Assembly: GCA_017991415.1 (NCBI GenBank)
Contig: JAGOQR010000001.1
Location: forward strand, 341,992-405,991
Length of the DNA: 64,000 nucleotides
Direction: 5' to 3'
DNA from: Candidatus Magasanikiibacteriota bacterium
GTDB lineage: Bacteria > Patescibacteriota > Patescibacteriia > Magasanikbacterales > GWA2-37-8
Shown: in pieces, positions 57,232 through 64,000 of the stretch
Numbering within the stretch: the stretch's first letter is position 1
Layout of the letters: every line of letters starts with the position of its first letter
Notes under the pieces: generated by a model
What the model saw: only the letters and a program-made list of their open reading frames with translations
What the model was told of the DNA's origin: nothing
Databases searched by the model: none
Position numbers and translations under genes: made by a program

Positions 57232-58464
57232 ATGAGCCTGGTCTCTAACCTTAAAATAGTAGCACGCAAGCTAAAATACCGCAAATTTAGCCAAAATATG
57301 CCTAACCAACAACCAAAAATTCTCATCCTTCATGACTACTTTCTCTACAAGGGAGGCGGTGAGCGACTCATAATTAGCCTGGCCAAAAATCTCCAAGCAG
57401 ACGTAGCCACGGCTTTTATAGCCAAAGATGCATTTGACCCACGTACGGAAGGTATTAATACCATCGAACTCTACAAAGAAAAACCTTGGTCAAACCTGCC
57501 TGGATTTCGCTACCTGCAAGTACAGCTTTCTTTTTTATTTAAAACTGGCTTTGCCAAAAATTACGATATAATAATTTATAGTGGGGACTGCCTTATTACT
57601 ATACTCAGAACCTTAATTTGGAAATTTTTTAATAAAAAAAAGCACTCTAATTCAAAAGAAAATACAGAACAAAACCGTACTATCATAAAAAATATTGCCT
57701 ACATGCATACACCCCCTCGACATCTCTACGATAGTTATCAGGATCGGCTACGAGAATACCCACTTTGGAAAAAAATTATTTTTATACCTTTTGTATTTTT
57801 CAATCGCTGGCGTTTTGAGATGCTTTCCAAACAACTTGACCTTATCATTACTAACTCCGAAAATACGAGGGCGCGCATCAAACAATACTTACATATTGAT
57901 TCTACTGTTGTATACCCACCATGCAATACCCTACCATTTAAAAACCTTGGATATAGCGACTACTTCTTCTCTTGGGCTCGCCTATACCCAGTAAAACAAG
58001 TAGATAAAATTGTACAGGCATTTACTAGCATGCCAGATAAAAAATTAATTGTAGCTTCGGGCGGTCCAGAGCTAGAAAAGATCCAAAAAATGGCAGCGGG
58101 ACACCCCAACATTACTATTTTAGGATGGATACAGGATGAACAGCTCTTACACTATCTCGGTAACTGCCTCGCTACCATTTACATCCCTATTCGTGAAGAT
58201 TTTGGCATGAGTGCCGTAGAATCTATGCAAGCAGGAAAGCCAGTGATTGGTATAGCTGAAGGAGGTCTTTTAGAAATTATTACCCATGATAAAAATGGCA
58301 TGTTATTGTCACCAAAACTTACACCAGAAGACATCTGCCGTGCGGTAGAAACTATGACCCTAGAAAAAGCAAAAAAAATGGAACATGCCTGCTACGAAAC
58401 TGCCCAAAAATTCACTGAACAAGCCTTTATCCAAGGAATGAAAAAATCGCTTAACCTGCCATAA
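57232..58464 (+). CDS. glycosyltransferase family 4 (GT-B)
   Basis: 410 aa. EDFGMSAVESMQAGKPVIGIAEGGLLEII. True start may be the internal MPNQQPKILILHDY. Confidence 0.75.
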   Translation: MSLVSNLKIVARKLKYRKFSQNMPNQQPKILILHDYFLYKGGGERLIISLAKNLQADVATAFIAKDAFDPRTEGINTIELYKEKPWSNLPGFRYLQVQLSFLFKTGFAKNYDIIIYSGDCLITILRTLIWKFFNKKKHSNSKENTEQNRTIIKNIAYMHTPPRHLYDSYQDRLREYPLWKKIIFIPFVFFNRWRFEMLSKQLDLIITNSENTRARIKQYLHIDSTVVYPPCNTLPFKNLGYSDYFFSWARLYPVKQVDKIVQAFTSMPDKKLIVASGGPELEKIQKMAAGHPNITILGWIQDEQLLHYLGNCLATIYIPIREDFGMSAVESMQAGKPVIGIAEGGLLEIITHDKNGMLLSPKLTPEDICRAVETMTLEKAKKMEHACYETAQKFTEQAFIQGMKKSLNLP

Positions 58465-58553
58465 ATTATACACAGCCTCTGGACTCAAAAACATGTCCTC
58501 AAAATAGTAAAAATAAGGTATAATATACCCTATAATTAAGAACACTCTTTTTC

Positions 58554-61103
58554 ATGCCGAAAAGAAAAATTGAAAATAAAAAAATGCAACTTCGGCGTTG
58601 TGGTTTCTGTCAAAAAACAGGGCATAATAAATCAACCTGCGAACAAAAATTTGAGGAGCCGCTGATAAAAAATGATGCTGCCATAACGCCACTTGCCAAC
58701 AAACAAACGGTTCGTCCACCGCTTAATTTTTTTGTCCATCACGTACAATACCAAAATCACGAATCACCTCACCTGGTTAATTTGCGACAACAGAAAAGTT
58801 CTTTGCACGAAGATATTCAAGCCGCTGCCCCAAAAGAGAAAGAAAATGATGACTATTATTTTTTCCACCAAACACAGCCAAAAACTATAGTTCAAAAAGC
58901 ACCTCCTCCAATTTACAGCCCTTCTTTTATACCAAAAACCCCTGTAATAGCTCCTTCAAAAAAATTAACCCCTCATGTAAAACTGCCTTCCATTTCTTTG
59001 CACAAAGGCAGGCAACTAAAAAATAAAATAACAGAAAAATTTACCCACATAAAAAATGCTCATGTGAGGGCAGCTCAAAAAATTTCTCACACCATGAAGG
59101 CAACAGCTGCGCCTAAACATTTTATTCGAGCTGCTGCTTTATTATTATTTTTATTATTCGTACCTTCAACTGCACGTACTTACTATTTTGATTTAAAATC
59201 CACTACCAATAAAATTGCCGACAGCAGCACTGCAGGATTTTCTGCCTTGCACGACTCTACATCTGCCCTTATGACGGGAAATCTAGGCGGTGCCCAAACC
59301 TCTCTAACTGATGCTCTTCAAAACTTTGATCAAGCAGTAAACATCCTAGATACTAAATATAATTTTTTACAAAAAGTTATAAGCGCTGTTCCTGTTGTAA
59401 ACAAAGAAATTCAAAGTCGACAAAAACTTATCGCTGCTGGTCAAGAAATATCACTCGGCAATACCTACCTCCTTAAAGGCCTCTCCGAAATCCAGCATAC
59501 AAATTCCACTATCACAAAAAATTTAGGCTCTCTCGGCAACCACTTAAACTCCGCTCTTCCCCACTACCAAACTGCCTCGGCACAGCTACAGAATGTAGAC
59601 TCCGACGTCTTACCTTTTGAATATCAGGATACATTTAAAGAATTCCGAGTGCTGTTTAATCTATATGTGAAAGACCTAGAAAATATTGCCAAATTAAATA
59701 CTTCTGTACAAGAAATTTTTGGTGGCAAGGGGCTACGACGATACCTGCTTATTTTCCAAAACCCAGCCGAGATTCGACCTACTGGCGGTTTTATGGGTAG
59801 TTTTGCGATGCTCGACATAAAAGATGGAGAGATAATTAACATTGATATCCCAGCTGGCGGATCATACGATCTACAAGGCCAACTCACCGAACATGTTGCA
59901 CCGCCTACCCCCCTCCTTCTCTCAAATAAACGCTGGGAATTCCAAGATGCCAACTGGTTTCCCGATTTTCCTGCAAGTGCTCAAAAAATACTCTGGTTCT
60001 ATCGCCACAGCCGCAATATCACGGCCGATGGTGTGATATCTATCAACGCAACTGTTTTAAACAGGCTGCTCTCTATCACAGGTCCTGTGGCTGAAAATAG
60101 CAGAGATTTAATTCTAGATAAAACCAACGCGCTCGAAACAATCCAACACATTGTTGAATTTGGACCAGAAAAAAAACAAAACAAACCAAAGCAAGTTCTA
60201 TCCGACTTAGCTCCCTTATTTATCGAAAATTTTAAAAAGATGAAACCAGGCGCGGTTTTACCACTACTCTCAAACCTCGAAGAATCGCTTGAGCAAAAAG
60301 AAATACAGGCTTATTTTTCAGATGAAAATACAGAAAAAACTATTACAGAATTTGGCTGGAGCGGTGAAATTACAAATACTAATCCCGACCAAGACTATTT
60401 ATTTGTAGTAAATACTAATATCCAAGGTCAAAAAAGCGATGCTCGAATTAAACAATCAATCAGTCATCAGGCTGTAATACAACCAGATGGAACAATCTTA
60501 GATAGCGTTGTAATTACCCGTGAACACACAGGCGTGATTGAAGAAAAATTATACGGACAAACTAATATAGATTATGTCCGCATCTATGTTCCAGCTGGCA
60601 GCGAACTCGTGCGGTCAAGCGGCTTCATCTGGCCAGATGAAAAAATGTTTAAAGCCCCTGATGTATGGTCTCAAAAAGACCCTACTTTAGATAAGTTAGA
60701 AAAAGAAACTGCAGTTGATAGCAACTCTGGCACCCGTATTACAAGCGAATTCGGAAAAACTGCTTTTGGAAATTGGATTATCACTGAACCAGGGCAAACA
60801 AGCCAAGTTCAATTTATTTACAAACTCCCATTCAAAGCATGGAATAACCAAACTGATTCCAACTTAAATCAGTGGGCTAAAATTTTTCAAACTCAAAGCC
60901 CAACTTCAAAATACCAACTGATAGCCCAAAAACAATCTGGCGTAGAAAGCCTTTTTGAGAGCCAAATCATATACCCAGAAGGCTGGTTACCAATCTGGCA
61001 AGATGGTGCTATGGCCAAAGCAGCGAGCAACGGGCTTTCAATAGATTCTATCAAACTCACTACAGACCGAATCTGGAGTTTAGTCATGAAAAAACAAGAC
61101 TAG
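58554..61103 (+). CDS. DUF4012-like large membrane-anchored protein with an N-terminal CCHC zinc-knuckle-like motif
   Basis: 849 aa. N-terminal CGFCQKTGHNKSTC, a TM segment near residue 190, and LLIFQNPAEIRPTGGFMGSF resembling the DUF4012 signature. Such proteins typically flank polysaccharide clusters. Confidence 0.55.
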   Translation: MPKRKIENKKMQLRRCGFCQKTGHNKSTCEQKFEEPLIKNDAAITPLANKQTVRPPLNFFVHHVQYQNHESPHLVNLRQQKSSLHEDIQAAAPKEKENDDYYFFHQTQPKTIVQKAPPPIYSPSFIPKTPVIAPSKKLTPHVKLPSISLHKGRQLKNKITEKFTHIKNAHVRAAQKISHTMKATAAPKHFIRAAALLLFLLFVPSTARTYYFDLKSTTNKIADSSTAGFSALHDSTSALMTGNLGGAQTSLTDALQNFDQAVNILDTKYNFLQKVISAVPVVNKEIQSRQKLIAAGQEISLGNTYLLKGLSEIQHTNSTITKNLGSLGNHLNSALPHYQTASAQLQNVDSDVLPFEYQDTFKEFRVLFNLYVKDLENIAKLNTSVQEIFGGKGLRRYLLIFQNPAEIRPTGGFMGSFAMLDIKDGEIINIDIPAGGSYDLQGQLTEHVAPPTPLLLSNKRWEFQDANWFPDFPASAQKILWFYRHSRNITADGVISINATVLNRLLSITGPVAENSRDLILDKTNALETIQHIVEFGPEKKQNKPKQVLSDLAPLFIENFKKMKPGAVLPLLSNLEESLEQKEIQAYFSDENTEKTITEFGWSGEITNTNPDQDYLFVVNTNIQGQKSDARIKQSISHQAVIQPDGTILDSVVITREHTGVIEEKLYGQTNIDYVRIYVPAGSELVRSSGFIWPDEKMFKAPDVWSQKDPTLDKLEKETAVDSNSGTRITSEFGKTAFGNWIITEPGQTSQVQFIYKLPFKAWNNQTDSNLNQWAKIFQTQSPTSKYQLIAQKQSGVESLFESQIIYPEGWLPIWQDGAMAKAASNGLSIDSIKLTTDRIWSLVMKKQD

Positions 61104-61194
61104 CCCATATTTACATGCAAGGCAAAAAAACAAAGGGCACCGAACCTTTTAGATAAAAAACGTAAAAAAATCAGTTTATATTTAAAATAAAAAT

Positions 61195-63126
61195 ATGCCA
61201 GAAGAACCATCTTTCTCCTCCAAACCACTTTCTGACTCCCCAGAAACAGAAATAAAAAAAATCCGTCGAAAAAGAGCACCTCGCCCCGCTACGCCAAAAT
61301 CTTCGGCAGATATTAAGCAAACAAAAATTTCTAGGCAATTAACCCAGATTTACCAAGATGACCAGGGTCATTTACCAGATATGAAAAAAATAAAAATTAA
61401 GAAAAAAGGATCTGCTTTCAAATTTTTCTTAGGCATTATTTTATTTGGTGGCATTCTAGCAGCCACAGCTTGGATTGGATTCTTCTTTATCCCAAATAGT
61501 AAACAATTCTCCGAAGACAAGGTTGCCTTACGAGTAAGTGGACCAACGGCTATCACTGCTGGCACTACTACTACCTATAAAATAGTATACGAAAATAATC
61601 AAAACATTCTGCTTAAAGCAGCCACGCTCAACGTCCAATACCCTGATGGATTTGTATTTTTATCAAGTGATTTAGAGGCTAAAAATACTGGCCACACCGA
61701 ATGGAATTTGGGAGAAATCGCAGTTGGCAAAAAGAAAGAGCTCACTATTACTGGCCTTTCCTACGGCTCAATAAACCAAAAACAATCTTGGAGGGTATTC
61801 TTAACATATACACCAGAAAATTTTGGATCTGAATTACAAAAATCAATGATTTTAGATACAGTCATAGACAAGACACCCTTTTCTCTTGCAGTAACTGGCT
61901 CTAACAAAACAACCCTTGGTAGCAATTCAGAGTATACTTTTACCATTAAAAAAGAATACGAATCAGCTATAAACAAACTAGAAATTAAACCTTCTTGGCC
62001 AAAGAACTTCTTAGTTTCATCCTCTTCACCAGCTCTCAGCAAAGATTTTAAATGGGTAATCGAACCAAATAAAAAATTAAGCGCTTCGAGCACACCAGGA
62101 ATTTGGATATTTAAACTAACTGGCAATTTTTCCAACGCCGCTTCCAGCTCAAGTAGTACTGACACCTCCGAAAACTCCAACGATATTTCTGGTGCAATTT
62201 TAGTTACAGCTAACAACAAAGTATTTAACCTCACCGATACAAAAATAACCACCGAAGTAGCACAAAATAATTTAGACTTTAACCTTGCTATTAATGGCTC
62301 ACTTTCCAACTTCAGCGTTCAGCCTGGCGGAGACCTTACTATGAGCCTTACCCTCAAAAATCAAAGCCCTAATGACATTAAAGATATTGTGCTCAAACTT
62401 GGACTAAACGGACCAGCCATCAAAAAAACAACCCTTCTTGATTGGGCAAAAATAGAAGACAAATATGATGGCGACATCCGCGGAACACAAATAAATGACA
62501 CGCTCCGAAGAGGAGAAATTGTATGGGATAAAAATAAAATTCCTAACTTAGCAAAAATTGGCAAAGGTCAAGAAATCACAATCGATATCAAACTTCCTAT
62601 TAAAGATGCTACCACGTTCACTAACCTATCCGACCTCGGCAGCTCCTCTCAAATTACCGCTTTAGCCGAGCTTACCTTCAAAGATCTAGCGAATACAGCT
62701 CAGACTGCATCCAGTAACCAAATTATTATTACAGTTAATTCTGATTTAAAATTTGAAGCTCGTGATACCATTTCTGGATCTGGTAACGGAGAAAAACACC
62801 AAATTAACTGGGTACTTACTAACAATTTTCACCCTCTTAAAAATATAACCCTCTTGGCAGACGTCTACGGCGATGTACATGTAGAGCTTCCAACAACAGC
62901 GCCGGCTGGTGAAATAAATTTCAACGCTGCCAGTAAAAAAATTACCTGGAATATCCCTTCAATGCCAGAAAGCGTAGACGTACTCGCACTACCCTTTACT
63001 GTTACTCTAAATAAAACAAATCCTACTCAAGAGCTCCTCGTCTCAAAAGTTCATATTCAAGCTGAAGACACAATTACTGGTGAAAAACTAGATTTTATGG
63101 GAGAAGAAATTGGTTTAAACCGATAA
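61195..63126 (+). CDS. hypothetical large surface protein (basic N-terminal tail, single TM, repeated beta-rich domains)
   Basis: 643 aa. K/R-rich N-terminus, TM (FFLGIILFGGILAATAWIGFFFI), then Thr/Ser/Asn-rich repetitive extracellular domains. Confidence 0.5.
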   Translation: MPEEPSFSSKPLSDSPETEIKKIRRKRAPRPATPKSSADIKQTKISRQLTQIYQDDQGHLPDMKKIKIKKKGSAFKFFLGIILFGGILAATAWIGFFFIPNSKQFSEDKVALRVSGPTAITAGTTTTYKIVYENNQNILLKAATLNVQYPDGFVFLSSDLEAKNTGHTEWNLGEIAVGKKKELTITGLSYGSINQKQSWRVFLTYTPENFGSELQKSMILDTVIDKTPFSLAVTGSNKTTLGSNSEYTFTIKKEYESAINKLEIKPSWPKNFLVSSSSPALSKDFKWVIEPNKKLSASSTPGIWIFKLTGNFSNAASSSSSTDTSENSNDISGAILVTANNKVFNLTDTKITTEVAQNNLDFNLAINGSLSNFSVQPGGDLTMSLTLKNQSPNDIKDIVLKLGLNGPAIKKTTLLDWAKIEDKYDGDIRGTQINDTLRRGEIVWDKNKIPNLAKIGKGQEITIDIKLPIKDATTFTNLSDLGSSSQITALAELTFKDLANTAQTASSNQIIITVNSDLKFEARDTISGSGNGEKHQINWVLTNNFHPLKNITLLADVYGDVHVELPTTAPAGEINFNAASKKITWNIPSMPESVDVLALPFTVTLNKTNPTQELLVSKVHIQAEDTITGEKLDFMGEEIGLNR

Positions 63127-64000
63127 AAAATCCTTTACCGAATCTACTGCCAAACTTAGATTTCTAACGTTTACCCAAATAATTCTTTTGTCACGTTTAA
63201 ACCAAGTCATCTGTCTTTTGGCAAATTTTTTAGTATCACTCTTCAACTTTTCTTCTGCTTCCTGTAAATTCATTTCACCTTTTATATAATAACCCATCTG
63301 CTTATAGCCTATACCACTCATGCTTGGCAAATCCCATCCATACCCAAACTGCACCAAAGCTTCTGTTTCCGATAATAAACCGTCTACCATCTGCTTATCT
63401 ACTCTTGCATCAATCCGTTTATAAAGCTCTTCTTTGGATACTTCTATACCAATTTGCAAGGCTTCAAATAATGGTTCTGATTTTGTTCGTTGCGCAAAAA
63501 AAGACTGACCACTCGAAATAACTACCTCAAGTGCCCGTAAGACACGACGAGGATTATGAAGATCTATTTTGGCACAGGTTTCTGGATCTAATTTTTCTAA
63601 CATAGCCACCAGCTCAGGCAAACTCTTTTTTGCCAAATCATTTCTTAGTTCTATGTTTGGCGACACAGATGGTATATCTAAATTATCCACGACCGACCAT
63701 ATATACAATCCAGTGCCACCCACAATAATTGGTATTTTTTTTCTACCTATAATATCCTGTATACATTTTGTGGCCAAAGCCTTAAAATCTGCCAAGGTAA
63801 ATTCTTGATTTGGCTCAATAATATCCATGCCATAATGCGAAATACCTTCTACCATATATACATCTTTTTTCCATTCGCCTTTTGGTTTTGCGGTACCAAT
63901 ATCCATCTTTTTATATACTTGGCGCGAATCAGCAGAAATAATTTCCCCATCAAATTTTTTTGCTAACATCAAACCAAGATCTGTTTTACCAGATGCGGTC
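63115..64000 (-). CDS. miaA: tRNA dimethylallyltransferase (partial; N-terminus beyond the window end)
   Basis: Translation at the window edge reads ...TASGKTDLGLMLAKKFDGEIISADSRQVYKKMDIGTAKP, so the P-loop is cut by the boundary. The ORF track shows only the in-window part from the internal Met. Confidence 0.85.
   Translation of the reverse strand, partial: TASGKTDLGLMLAKKFDGEIISADSRQVYKKMDIGTAKPKGEWKKDVYMVEGISHYGMDIIEPNQEFTLADFKALATKCIQDIIGRKKIPIIVGGTGLYIWSVVDNLDIPSVSPNIELRNDLAKKSLPELVAMLEKLDPETCAKIDLHNPRRVLRALEVVISSGQSFFAQRTKSEPLFEALQIGIEVSKEELYKRIDARVDKQMVDGLLSETEALVQFGYGWDLPSMSGIGYKQMGYYIKGEMNLQEAEEKLKSDTKKFAKRQMTWFKRDKRIIWVNVRNLSLAVDSVKDFLSV

Overview
This 64 kb window is AT-rich, gene-dense bacterial chromosome dominated by housekeeping genes. 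By eye (nothing computed) three short segments are clearly GC-rich. The gene content and reduced style (short aaRS forms, KE-rich ribosomal protein tails, many small membrane/surface proteins, no tpiA in the glycolytic cluster) suggests a reduced-genome lineage such as CPR/Patescibacteria, but that is inference only. Minus strand 389-21146 is one long co-directional block. In order it carries valS, tandem iPGM paralogs (gpmI x2), eno, a SIMPL-domain protein, pgk, an S11 D,D-carboxypeptidase, scpB, scpA, aspS, a hypothetical, gap, rlmI, tsf and rpsB. Elsewhere: rpmE, prfA, a GT39-like membrane glycosyltransferase, prmC, rplY, a SEDS (RodA/FtsW) protein, gyrB, secE-nusG-rplK (no rplA after it), queA, mltG, a PAP2 phosphatase, rluD-like, gmk, rplS, uvrA, a DsbA-like protein beside a cysteine-rich exported protein, secG, an OppA-like binding protein, tRNA-Leu(CAG), RNase J, a D-2-hydroxyacid dehydrogenase and an unannotated RNase P RNA on the minus strand with a near-consensus promoter. 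A polysaccharide cluster follows (priming phosphotransferase, three GT4 genes, a DUF4012 protein), and miaA runs off the window end. Most unusual are the three GC-rich mini-cassettes (about 3242-3626, 21195-22051, 30406-30968). Each sits in a divergent intergenic region, encodes a small predicted membrane or exported protein, and has its own palindromes and GC-rich hairpins. Cassettes 1 and 3 are recognisably homologous to each other in opposite orientation. The second oddity is a tRNA-Ile(UAU) locus (38639-39011): a 5' tRNA fragment, an intact copy and a 3' fragment separated by spacers that share a 31-bp direct repeat. The outer fragments would rejoin into an intact tRNA across the anticodon loop.
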